DNA of 64,000 bases from Tubiluchus corallicola (taxonomy: Eukaryota; Animalia; Priapulida): NCBI GenBank assembly GCA_030141605.1, contig JAQGDQ010000805.1, positions 29,744-93,743 of the forward strand. The letters are read 5' to 3'. Under the pieces are notes generated by a model that saw nothing but the letters and a program-made list of their open reading frames with translations, searched no databases and had not been told where the DNA came from. The translations under genes and the position numbers were made by a program. Positions 39,369 through 52,915 of the stretch are shown here, in pieces (positions within the stretch are counted from its first letter, which is position 1; the number at the start of each line of letters is the position of its first letter).

Positions 39369-40801
39369 GATTGAGATAGTTATGCTAGGTTTGCATCACA
39401 ATGCCTGAAATTCTATAGGCCAGTATCTGGTACCCAATTATATCCAGTACTTGTTGTTCTCTTCTTCTAGTTCAAGCAGTGTATATTTTGTATGTATTGT
39501 ACGTAGTGTATATTTTTAACAGTGTATATTCTGTCTTGTTGAAAATCATAAATCTTATACAAAGCAATTTAAAAAAATTCTACCTGTTTTGGAATATCTA
39601 ACTTGCCGTGATTCCTACTTTTCAGCGAACTAAGGGACGAACAAGTTTGACGCATAAACAAACTTTTTTGCCTAAAAAAACTTAGAGCTAGAATCAGTGG
39701 CCTATAGCTCCTGCTTAATGAGCACATAAATGCAAAATAATATCACAGAAACACGAGTCAGTTTTGTTTAGTAACATAATTAAATTGGGAACTGGAACTA
39801 AACTTCCTTTTTCTTTGGAGAAATAGGAACTTAAACTACATACATCTTTGTTTAGTACTTTCTGCTCAATATATGTAGTTAATTTCGACACGTGGATTTC
39901 GCAAATGTGTACGAATTCCTGAAACTTTTTAAATGTCATAAGGTTCTTTGAAACTTTGCTTTGATATTTTAGTGCATTTATCATATTTAAATTTTTTATT
40001 ATACTGTGTCAGTTTTGCATTATGTCTTGTTGACAATATGAATCTTATATAAAACAATTTATAAAACATTCTACTGTTTTGATTCCTACTTTTTAATCAT
40101 CATTCTAATAATGAAAATCTAAGAAAAATGAAATTGTTTTGACAGTGAAAAATATTCGATTATTATTGCAGCATTAGTGTCAAGTATGGCACGAGATAAA
40201 TTCATTTCTGGCAATTTCGACTTACTTCTAAGAATTCCACGGAAATTAACTTGGCAATTAGGCGCAATTCATGTCATAACTTAGTATTATTGCGAATGTA
40301 CACTAATGACAATGTATGTAAAGTGTTTATTTGTACAACATTAAGTTCGGTAGTGAAAGTGAAATTACAGTAATAGCAGTAAAAATGATTGTTCCAAAGC
40401 ACGAAGAAAAATGGTTCAATTTTGAAGTAGAACTCGTCGTAATTGGAATCTTGACAACAGTTTGTAACGAGCCAATGCTTTTGCACGAACTGCACAAAAC
40501 AAAAAGAGTTGTGATGTAATCACCTATACCAGCTCTCGAATATCTAATGAATGATAATGCTGTTCTATTAGACTGTAATAGTCTACGGGCTAAAATAAGA
40601 TGCTTTGCGTTTGACATTGTCTGGTTGCACATTATTGTATTCAATAAGCGTATGATTTATTTTGTAACATCTGGTAAATAAAAAATGTCTGTCTTTGTGC
40701 ATTTCAAGTTTTTTTACCAGATAGATACTTTAATTTTGCCAAAGGCCTAGCATTTATTGTTAATGTTATTTTAAAGTAATTTCTCGACGAAGGACGGCAT
40801 G

Positions 40802-40949
40802 CATCTGATGTTCATATCCTGTATAACATGGGACGATACATCTAATGTCCATATACTGTATAATATGGGACAGTACATCTAATGTCCATATACTGTATAA
40901 TATGGGACGGTACATCTAATGTTCATATACTGTATAATATGGCATGGTA
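40802..40949. repeat. Minisatellite, 4 x 37 bp
   Basis: Consensus catctaatgtccatatactgtataatatgggacggta, head-to-tail. Confidence 0.92.
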
Positions 40950-43544
40950 CACATTCCACCGTCTATAACCGGAGGCAAGTAGGTATATAATACTTCTCTC
41001 GATGTGACAACGACCTTTTTTACTTGTCCCAATTAGAGTGCTTTTACATTCACAACAAACCGCATGGTGTGGTTTGTTTTGTTACGCTTACAATTGTTTA
41101 ATTGCACGCGTTGAATAAATTAACATTAAAGATAGGTAGATAGAAAGACAGACATCTTTATTTCAGACTTCTCGTTCATATAGCATAAAATACAATTATA
41201 CAAAAAAATTAAAAATGTTAACTACATATCAGTATTTACAGAGACAAATTACAAAGTTAAAATAAAATTAATGTATAAATAGCTTGTCTCCCTACTTGAT
41301 CCATATTAAAGAAATGCGAATATACGTCACTGTTTACAATATTAGATAAAACAGAGTTGTTTACTTTCATTGTATTTAGGCAAATATTTTAAAAAAGTTG
41401 TGTTTTTACTGCTAGACTGCATGCAGAGAAAAAGTCGATATGAGCAAATTAATGCGAACACACAATTTTGCATTATAATATCACAGTCATCTTTGTTATC
41501 ATTTCTTTGACCAATACCCATGGTATTATTCTTTGCTAGCTTCACTTAATATAATGCCACTGGGAGTTACTTTTCCAAAGTTTATGCACGACATTGATTG
41601 TATTAAGGTAAAAGAGACAATTTTAAGTTATTTGTAGATGCTAGCTTAATTAGCCCAACTTTTTTTAAAATCTGCAACAATGACTGTAATGAGTCAAAAA
41701 CGGCTTAAACATTCTAGTTAAGGCTACACTATCTGTCGTAGGTGATCTTATACTTAACACTTACACTTTTCACTTTTAAACAAACAACAAAATATAAAAA
41801 TCACAGCAAGAGAAAGAATGACATTATTGTTAAATGTAATAAATCTATGGTACCTATTCCTGAATTTGCATACCCTGAATACTCAAGCTATTTAAATTAT
41901 TATATAATCAATGCCGTAATTGAGTAACTTGTGTTCTAAGTGAGCAACTCAGTTTGGTCATGCTGAGTATTCACATTAATGCATTACTCATTTTTTGTTG
42001 TGCATTTCTGCGTGCACCTAATCGGAAAAGAAATATAAAATGCCTGAGTAAGTGTTTATTACTGATATCAAGTTACTATCCCACTCGCGCTTAATCGTCT
42101 TTTGAACACTAGTAACCGGTAATCTTTCCGCATAACAACATTGCTTATAGCCACCAATCCTAAGCCAACTAACCGACTAACATTGATAGATGTATCCCAC
42201 TGCCGTGCGGGTTATTGTTCTACTAACATAGAGACTTTCTGCATGTCTCTGTTGAAATATTGTTAACAGTAGAGACGGAACTCAAAGCAGGAACTGCCCC
42301 CATTCAACCTTCAGACATTAACAGTTAATTCAATGGTTATGATATTGTTTATTATATAAAGATCGATAATTAATACAAAGACTATGATACCGTTGCTGTA
42401 AAGGTCAAGTTCTGTAATTTAGACCTTGCATGGCCACCGTTAGGTATAGAGCAAAACAAATACATTACTGCGTGATTACGGATTCTGACATTTTATGCTA
42501 CTTCAATTTAATAATGTTCTTTGTGGCTCCCATTTTCGTAAAGGTTTAACATCCATTACACAGGCCAGTACTGACTGTACAGTTATTATGTGCAGTGAAC
42601 AGAGCAAGCACACATTATTGTAACTTGCATGTGAGGTATTATAATAATGCTCAATTAATGCTGAAATAATTGGCAGTTATTGTACACACAAATGAATGTG
42701 TGTATATAGTCTGTTAGCGGTATAATAATTATTATTAACTCTGCATTCATTATGTTTCGTGGATGTTTGTATGTAAGTAAGCAAAATTTCAAAATCCACA
42801 TGAAAATTTTTGGGAGTTTTTTAAATATTTAAATCTAATATATACACAGGCAGGTAGGCGAAGGTAATTCTTTTACAAAGGTGTGCAAGCTTATAAAACA
42901 GTAGTCATTAACTACATTTAAGTCTACATAACAGAATATTAAAGTAACGTTTAATCACCTTACATTTTTTATTTTCTAATCACTGAGTAAGTTGTCATTT
43001 TAATTTCCTTGCCTTTTTTCTCGTTTTACTATAGGTCAGACAATAGCAGCTGTTAAGTATTACTTACCTGGAATAACAAAACAGACACAAAACTGAATTT
43101 ATTGATTATAGTTTAGTCGTTTGACAGCACTTTTATTTTTCATCAACGTAGATGAGGGTAACTCACACGCAGAAACTGAGAGGAGAATTACTGTAATGTT
43201 CCTGTACGATTCACGCTTTGGCGATCACCTTGTGAAAGTTTTCGTGGCAGATGCAGCAAAGCATTACGTGAGGCAGGTGTAGAAATGTCCAACAGTTCGC
43301 TGCGATGCTTTTACAAAGAAATGTTACACGGAACGCAGGGTATCTGTGACACACACAGAGAGATAGCATTTTCTATTCAATGGCACATGGCTGCCTGCCA
43401 TAAATAATAATAACATAATATGATATGATATGACGTGACATGACATAACATAACATAATAATGCTTATTTAAAGTTGACTTTTCAATGAACAATTAATAT
43501 AAGTTCCAAGTGGTTTTTTGCGAACTGTAAAATAACAAATCTTT

Positions 43545-43689
43545 ATTATTATCCCGTTTTACTCTAAATACCACGCGCCAAGCAGGGTAAGAGCAGGTAA
43601 CATTTTTAAAGTCTTTGTATGACCCGGCGCAGTTCCGAACTCGCGATATTCCAGATTGGAAGCACACGCGTTACCACTAGACTGTACCA
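43545..43689 (-). mobile_element. tRNA-derived SINE
   Basis: Minus strand shows A-box-like agtctagtggtaa and B-box-like gagttcggaact, then gggtcatacaaagactttaaaaatgttacc...cctgcttggcgc. Confidence 0.65.
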
Positions 43690-45979
43690 TTTGGTATAAA
43701 CGCATTGCACTCGTTTAAAAGAGAACAAGACCCAGTCTTAAACTACAGCTCAAATAATCTAACGTATAAAATATCGAAAGAACATAATTGATTTTTAGGT
43801 CAATTTTAGCTCATTTTCAGCTGAGCTGCTCCCAAAATACACATGCAGTCATTAACAGTCGTTTTCCATGTCCACCGCTCCATTTCTGTACTAATTTATT
43901 CTTTTGTCATGCATTTCTTTCTGCTTAGTTACTACAGGCTGCTATTGTATTTACTACCATTGTCAATTAGAAATCATTAGAAATTAATTAATCAATCAAA
44001 TCCTGTTTGTCAAATTTTGTTTAAGATCGCCTGCATAATTATCTGACCATTAGATTAAGAACATCATAATCAGCTAATGAGGAAGTTAATTGCTCTCGAA
44101 CATCGGAACATACTTCGTTGAATGATTTAGCCAAAACCTTGCACACGCTATCAGTTTGCGTACCGAAGAATTTTCTAATTAAGCTAGTTTTAATGCATAT
44201 TATTAACGGTGAATGGTTTTAATTAAAACTACGTATAGGTGTTCTTAATTTGGCTTCAGTGAAGTCAGGTGTTACCGTGTTAGATGCAAACTTTGTTAAA
44301 CTTAAATGCTATCCGTGAAAATGTATTCAAATTAAAAAAAACGTGGCAAAGAAAATACTATGGCATAATTTAGCCTATCAATTGAAAGCCCTAAGCAGTA
44401 AAGCATAGGATTTGTATGTAAGCGTAATAACTTATATAAAGGATGTAAAATAATTTTCTCGGTTCAATGAATTAAGTGCGAAAGAAACTCCAAATAATGA
44501 AAAGATTATCGTAGATTTTCTACTAACATACGTTCAATTTATTAATGCAAATTTTCGATTGCTTTACACTCTGTTCTTCAGACATTCAAGCGACTAAATG
44601 CTCAGTGAATTTTCTTATATTCTTCAACTCTAAGTGTATTCAAACGGGAGTTAAAAACGTTACTGATTTTTAAAATTAATCGTAATTATTATTTATATGG
44701 CAGGACGCCCGACTCGCTCACGCATGCGCATTGGTTTTAGTCAGTTCAATGGTGCTTGTTTTTGAAAGGCTGCCAAGTTTTGGATGATATACTCGTCTTT
44801 CTAAATTGTGATTGTAATTATTATCTTGGAAATTCAGAACATTTCTACCTAAAACGCTCTCATTACTATCAAGCCAAAGATGCTATGTCCAGCAAATTAA
44901 ATAGCACATTTTTGCCTTTAAATATCAGTGTTTTACAATATAGTAATAGTGAACTGTAGTCATTGTATCTTAGCGGTGTGATGATTTTAAAGTTTTTGTT
45001 AACTGTGAAATTTTTGAGTGCATTCAAAATTACATTAGGAGAAGTAAACGTTTAACGTGATTAGACTTTAGGATCCCTTTTCAAGCCAGTTATTGTTATT
45101 ATTATTCATTATGTCACATCTGCTAACTTTGCATGTATGTATCTTTGTTTATATGCATTTGTATGTATGCATATCTATTTGTGTTTGTTTGTACATTTAC
45201 ATTACACGTAATTAATTTTTGTCTGTACTTCTGCCTGTATATGCACTTGCATGGCGAGGATTCATGTATCAGTTGTTAAAACTGTCTAATTTGAACAAAA
45301 TAAACAAACTGTATGCACGTAATGTCTGCGTTCTATATATCTTTTATTCAAACCAACTTTTCAGTTCGGCTGGACGCCTTAGTAGTGTGGCGCCACCTGA
45401 GGCGACCATTAGGCACATTAAATTCTAACTTTTCTAAAGTTCCCTATTTGCTTGCTACACGAACACGTAATCAGTATGTATAACTTGTCGCTAGACCTGT
45501 ATTGCTTGTATAATAATTGTCATTTCCTTTTATTGCCTTCGTTTATTGCCAGGTCGTCCTTGTGTTCATATTACTATTATAGTCAATGCCACCGTAGCAT
45601 TATGATCTTTTCACGTAAGGTAAAACCACTAATAACGATTGCGAATAAACTGCAGCTGTATCAGTACAGCAGTAATCAACTGTAGACAATTCTCTTGTGC
45701 ACACGTAAGTTTAACTTTATTTATTTTGTATAGCATAGAATCCATATGAATATGTGCTTGAAAGGTTTACAGGGATCCAAAGCCTCTATAAAGCTATTGT
45801 ACATAAATACATAAAATACATAAAACTAATACTAAAATGACGATTTAAGACAGCTAAATAATACAAATTTTCACAAGAAAAATATATTGCACCCTCTCAT
45901 AGTAATACACAGCTTTTGTGTGCTAAACAATTAGGTGTATAATTCGGCGATATTTGGAGGCTTCGACTGTATTTATTTT

Positions 45980-46185
45980 CGTCATTATCATCATCACTTT
46001 TATCGTCATCGTTATCACTATCATCATCATCATCATCGTCCTAGTCGTCGCTATCGTTGTTGTCGTTGTTTTCGTCTTCATCGTCATCATCATCATCATC
46101 ATCGTTGTCATCATCTTCATCATCATCATTGTCATCATTTTCATCATCATCATCGTCATCGTTTGTCATCATTGTCATCATCATT
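45980..46185. repeat. Degenerate (CAT)n microsatellite
   Basis: Directly visible. Confidence 0.9.
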
Positions 46186-49100
46186 TACTTTTGTTGGCTT
46201 AATTTACATCACATTACAGTTGTTTTACTTTTTAACGCCTTTTCACACTGCATACTCCTTTATTGTTCTTCATAAGAACTGTTTTCTGAGAAAACATTAT
46301 TCTCTAACAGTGAGAACACAGCGCCACATCCTGCCCGAGCTCTTATAAAAATCCCTCCAGCAATCCAGTAAAACCACGGAAATTCTTCTGCTGCCCGAGC
46401 AGTGAAACCTTTTATCTCACCGCTCAGCAGCTCCAGCCGCCTTTATCTTACAAAGGATTTGCAGAGTTTCACTAAAACTATAATTTCCTGATAAAGGATT
46501 GGATGAGAGAAGGTAATAAACTGAAAACCAATTACTAGGATTAAGTTTTATAGTGCCACAGCAGCGAATAACAGGTAAAAATGTAGAAGAAAAATCAACT
46601 GAAGTCAGTGTTTAACTTCCCACAGAAGCTGTGGTAATAAAATGAGAATGCGATATAAAATACTGAGGTACAAATTCAGTATGAGTTGAGTTGTGCGCAA
46701 AAATTAATATCGCAAATTGAGTCAATAATTTGCCGACACGAGATTTAATTATCGGTAACTCTTCGTTTAAAATTAGGGAGTAGTAGGGGCCGTTATAGTC
46801 AAAGACAAAGACAACATTTAAAGACAAAAACATTTAAAGACACATAATACTGAATAACAATAATAATAAAAGTATTTTATAAAGCGCGTCGTTATTGCAG
46901 TCTATAACAGTTGAAATTGATCATAATAATTATCAAAGAAATCTGTCTTCAAATATTTTAATTAGCTGCACAGTAGAAATAATTCTAATGTTTTGAGGCA
47001 AAGCATTCCAGTATTTCGGTGCAACAGAAGAAAATCCAAGGTCGACAAAAGTCTTTTTTCTATTAAAAGATGACAAAGGTTCATTATGGGAAGATCTACT
47101 TCATCGTGTGTCCCTATAATAGTTGCGTTTATGTAGCCTATCACATTAATCATATTATGATAAATCACATTAATCATATAAACGCATGAAAGCAATACTA
47201 GACTTACAACAATTAGCCTACCAGGATTTAAACCCAGAACCTTTTTCATGGCACATGTTCTATTATTTGAGCTACTGACTCACTTAAAATGGCAAACGTG
47301 GTCTTAGTACACAATCAGTCAGAATCACTTATGGGCTACTAGTGATATGTCTTTAGTAGTCATTACAGTCACTACATTTTGAATACACTCAACAGTGGGA
47401 GTTGACTTACAAACCATTCTCACCTTTGTCTAAGGTTTTCAGAAAAGAAAGACATAATGCTCTTGCAACAATAATACGTAACTGACAATGAACTGAAGAA
47501 GAGGTGCTGAAAAATTATGAGTCAACCAAGATTTGAACTCAGAACTTGCGGTTTCATGGCGCATGCATTGTCGTTTGAGATCATGAGTCAACACGACAAA
47601 GCTGATCTGTAAATTCTGTAATACGAAGTCAAACAGTAGTACATAATATTTCAAAGTCACCATTATCTGTCATTAATTAAGTTTTACTTGCTAGAACTTT
47701 GGTCACTTTATCTGCTGCTACTGCTTCGGTACTCAATGCGTGCGACTAAATAATTGCTAATGCCATTGCTCATCATTCTAACATTTCTATAAAGTTGATA
47801 GTCTTAGAATAATTTCCCTTGATCTCTCATTAGTGCAGACAAACAGAAAGTGATTTGTGCCAGACACAAAGGCAGGTTATTGCTAGATAATAACTAATGT
47901 AAGTCATGAACATCTGCGCTGCCTTCCGGTACAGTGATGTAATAAAGTTATATAATCAAATTTATCAAAAGTAACTCCCAGATGTCATTGCTTGATAATA
48001 TCCCTTCCATTCAGGACAATGCTAGGACACAAGGACATTTTCTGTAGGCTAGTAATTTTTCTGCGCATGCGCGACATTTAAAACTTAGGTTAGCCATTGG
48101 CATTGATGAGATATGTTACGTATATTTTATAATAATAATACATGTAATTAGCTGTGTCTCTGTTTTAATCTGGCATAGCAGGCTTATTTGATTAATAAGC
48201 CAGTTAACTTATTTATTGCGCGTGTATAGGCCCTACATATACAACATGTATAAGAAATCACTTCACTTTTGCATCATACATTAATTAACATAATTGAAAA
48301 GCAAGTTGTCATGTAAGATTTCAGTTACAAAACAGAATGGTGATGGAGAATTCCACATAGAAGCAGTCTTAAATGAAAGCATACAGCCTTCAGATTGAGA
48401 ACAAATTTAAAACTGTCTCTAGCAAATCGCGAAAAATGCAATTGAGAAACGAGACAACTATATCGAAGGAACGATAGGGACATATAAAGAAAGAGCAAAA
48501 ACAATAAAGCGGAAGGAACGTAGCAAAAACGTTTGGAGCCTTCGTGGATTGGAAAACTTTTCCGTTAGTGCAGCTTTAAATATGATTTCCCACCCGATTC
48601 TGCCGTTACCGTTACTAATGAGAAAATAATACGTGTTTTATTTCCTGATAGTCAACGACGTTATCATACTAATGAGCAATAATCTGAATTTACTTTTGAC
48701 TCGTTGTGGAAAATGCGAGGTTTTGTTCAGATCACAAAAACAGAATCAGTGGAAACCATAACTAATGGCTTATTAGGCTTATTATTAATATTTTTATACC
48801 TCTAGCTGGGGAATAATAAGACATTCAATTAGATTTTTTCAAAACACTATTCACTTATTCCTAATCAAGAAATAAATAACTCGAAAAATCCTAACGATAT
48901 AAAATGTACTCTTGCTCACAGTTGTTTTCGAAATGACGCCAGACCTTATAATTTTCCAATTTACAGACAAAACAAAATAATTTTTTGGAAAAGTGGGAAT
49001 GTGTTATGTGTCTAAAATGCATCTTTCCGGGCAGCAGGCGTAAGAATACGATTTGCAATTAAAGACTTTTTAGCAGCGACAGAGAAAAATGCAAACTTTT

Positions 49101-49242
49101 TAGGAAAATAAACTGAAAATACTCTTAAGAACTGCAATTTGAAAAAAGACTTCAATTTTTGCATTTTACCGGCGAGGCCTTGAGAAACTACCACACACGC
49201 GCACGCACGCACGCACGCGCGCGCACACAAACACACACACAC

Positions 49243-49284
<42 letters not shown>

Positions 49285-52200
49285 ATATATTCAATGTTAG
49301 CAATAACAAATCGTTCGTTCTGTGAGCATTTTATCAATACCACGTTTTATTATTACTAAAAAAGCAATAAGCTAGGAGTAAAGGTGTAAGTCACAATAAA
49401 TACACAAATCTACACCGAATTTTTTACCAGAAGAAATGCAATATCTAGAGAGATGTTAAGGCAAGAAGAAGCTGTGTCCTGGCTGTACCAACAAACTACA
49501 ATGTAAATTCAGCATTTTGTAATGACTGTCTTTGTTAATAATTTTGTTTTAGTTGTCAGTGACGTGTTAATGGATTTTTACTGTTTCTGTCATGGTTTTT
49601 TTTTGACAATCAGACAGAGTGTATTGACATGACAATTGTAAACACTAAAATCAACAACATACTACCCATTAAATACATCTTCAGTTTGAGGTTTATTCGT
49701 TTTCATTAATTTTAGGAAATTATTTATGATTGTCTTACTTGTTAAAACATGCAATCGTGAAGCCATAACAAGTCGAAAGGCAAACAGAAAATATGCATAA
49801 GTGTTTGCCTAAACACAAGTGAAACACATTAGTGAAATTAAATTCAAAATCGTCGCCATGAAAATGACAGCAGAATAACTATTTTTACGAGCGCTGATTC
49901 AAGTATAACTGCTTTTCACTGCTTTACTTAGACACTTCTTCGACGCGTAAAAGATTTAAAGGGAACTGCAAGTTTAATAACTACTCATATTAATGCTGAA
50001 AATCGTTTTAACTTTTAAGCTGGCAGTTATAATTACGTTCAGTTGAGTGTTAATCGCCAAGCGCCAAAGCAAAAAGGAGAAGAAATCGATTACTTGATAA
50101 TAAATTTTGTTGAATAAAAATGCGAAGCCCGTTCACAGTAGTGCGTAATAGAAGAGTTCATTAAGTTACAAGCAAACTTAAAACGCCCACTTATAGTCAT
50201 TTTACATTATAGAAAAATATACTGCTCGGAACATACTTGAGTAGTTCTCCAAGTCAAGCTGCAGAATTCGGCTTCTGTATTACGAATTTAACGAGAGAAT
50301 CATTTTTGAAAATCGATTATGTTTAATCTGACTGGCATGATTTTGATTTTTCTAATTTCTTGGTGTAGATTTGTTTGCTTTTGAAATGTCGGCGCAACGA
50401 GTGCTGAGATTTTTGTGTTTACACGAGTTTGTAGACGAAGCCTAGTTCAGCAAGCAGCAGAAAGTAAACATTTGGATTTGATTTTGATTGGATTTCATCA
50501 TTATAAGAGGCAAAATAATAGGAACGGAAATTTCGTTTTCTCAAACGTTTGAGAGTTGAGATTTTGAAAATGCGAGGGAAAAATTTGAATTTGATTTGTT
50601 ACGATGGTCTAACGACTGCCTCACGCCCATCATTCATCAGTAAGGACATCATTCAAAACATTTTTACATATTATAATTATGAATTAGTTTTCCTTTCTTG
50701 TTAACTGGTTTCGTTAGAGTAAATAACGCGTAGAAATATGAAATTCCTATCTCGAAGATTTGCATTAAAAAACTTGTTGTTGGCTGTTAGCAATAAAGTG
50801 GATGAAGCCTTTTGCTGTCACAATCATTAACGAACGTTTAAATGCAGAAATGTAACAAGTTGTGAAAGAAAATTTTTAGAGCTGACACCTATTACGACAG
50901 TCTTGTGATTCGAACTGGAGCTTGTGGCAACACCACAGTTGAATGTCCTAACTATGGTTAGTCGCCTGCACTTAGTTCATAATTTTTAAACAACCAATGA
51001 AAAGTTGAAAACGCAACCATCTATTTATCATGGGCTTCATACACATTACTTAAAAATATTTGAATTTTATTGTACTGGAACTTAATAACTCACTATCTCG
51101 TTATTACAAAGTATTTTTTGCAAATGATGTCTTCTTTATATATCTTATAATACTACTGACTACAGGTTACTGCTTTGACATTGCTTAATGAAAGGGAAGA
51201 AAAGTAAATTACAAAAGAATGTCCCAAAAAGCTTTCCATACAAAGTTATATTGATTAATATTACGCTTACCTGTTTAAAAGACTTGTGTAATTGAAAAAG
51301 GAAATTTTTAATAATTTAAAATATTCGCGCCGCCTGGTAAAACAGCACTGCATCGCCATCCCAGTGTACACCATCCTTCACAAAAAACACATTATTGATC
51401 TTGTTGACAATATAAGGTAATTTAAATTTTCCTTAGTTAGCAAAAAGTACGTTACAAATGCTTAGGTTATTTTTTTAAAATATACGCAATGTTATCTAAA
51501 CTGGTTTCAAAACACTTACGGTTAAAATGACTGCGTCTGACGCAGGAGTCTAAATTTACAAGTTTTGCACAGCGTTGTTGTTAACGCAATCTCTGTTTGC
51601 ATTAAGATACATTGTAAATGATAAAAAAATTTCAGGACGATTTTTAAACAGGAATGTTTTCTTGTGCTTTAACGTATGATCGTTTCTTAGCAATAAATTT
51701 ACTCTCTTTTATGCTTGTATACTTGAGCCCCAAAAGTTATACATTTGGCACCGAATAAAGAATTGTATCTCATTGGTCCTTATACTTTCTTATTATACGT
51801 TACATGCATTCCTTATATCCATATGTGTTAACAAATGGGTATTCTATGTACATGAATTTTTGTAAAGGAATGACATCCTTATGCTATTACAACATTTGAA
51901 TTTTATTAATGATTGCTATTTTATCATAAATTAATTGCACAGTAAATTCAGATTACTTAGCAGCATAGTAAGCTTAAGTTAGTTGCGCAGCGAATCTTGT
52001 ATGTGAAGAGTAGCGCTTTGGCAGTTTGAGGAAGAAAAACAGATGCAACTCAAAACTGCATTTTGTTCAGATGATTGAACATAATGATTCGCATAAAACA
52101 AATAAGCCTCTTTCTCCACTCATTTTCTCCGTTTTATATGACATCACTTACCCGGAAACTTAACACGGAAACTTATTTTGTGTTCAAGATAACCTTCTGG

Positions 52201-52744
52201 CGTCTTGTGTCGTACAAGTGGCTTCATCCATGAGGTAAAATTACCGCTAAGTGCAGCATTTATCCTCATTCATCCTTGCGGTTAGTCAATTAGAAAGTTG
52301 TGCTTGTGTTCAGGTTCATGATGATTGCTGAATGTTATTTAAAACGTTGTAAAATTAACCTAATCTAACAGCCACGAGCTTTACGCAATTACTGAGGCAG
52401 ATCGTAGGCAGTAATGTGTTACGTGACTTAAGTTTAATTTAGTTGTTTAAGAAAGAGGGTAGAAAGAGAAAATAAGAGAGAAAATAGTAGAGAAACGCTA
52501 GAAAGGAAGAAGAAAGAGAAAAAAAGACAAATGCCGAAAAAGGAGCGAATGTACGATTGAGGGAAAGGAGGCAGAAAAAAGGAAAAATGAAAATGCAGAG
52601 AAGAAGAAAAATAAAACAAGAGAAAACAAAAAGAAAACCGAACTTACAAAAATAATAAAAAACATTAAAAATGAAATAATTAAATTCAGCTAACAAAAAA
52701 GTGAGAAAGAAAGAAAAAAGAAAGATAGAAAGAAAGAGAGAGAA

Positions 52745-52915
52745 AATGAATGAATGAACGAATAAATGAATAAATGACTGAATGAATGAGTGAATGAGTG
52801 AATGAATGAATGAATGAATGAATGAATGAATGAATGAATGAATGAATGAATGAATGAATGAATGAATGAATGAATGAATGAATGAATGAATGAATGAAAA
52901 ATAAACGAACGAATG
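52745..52915. repeat. (GAAT)n microsatellite after a purine-rich tract
   Basis: Directly visible. Confidence 0.93.

Noticed and set aside
40802-40949. 37-bp repeats of CRISPR-like length
   Set aside because: Head-to-tail with no unique spacers, no cas genes, and a eukaryotic context.
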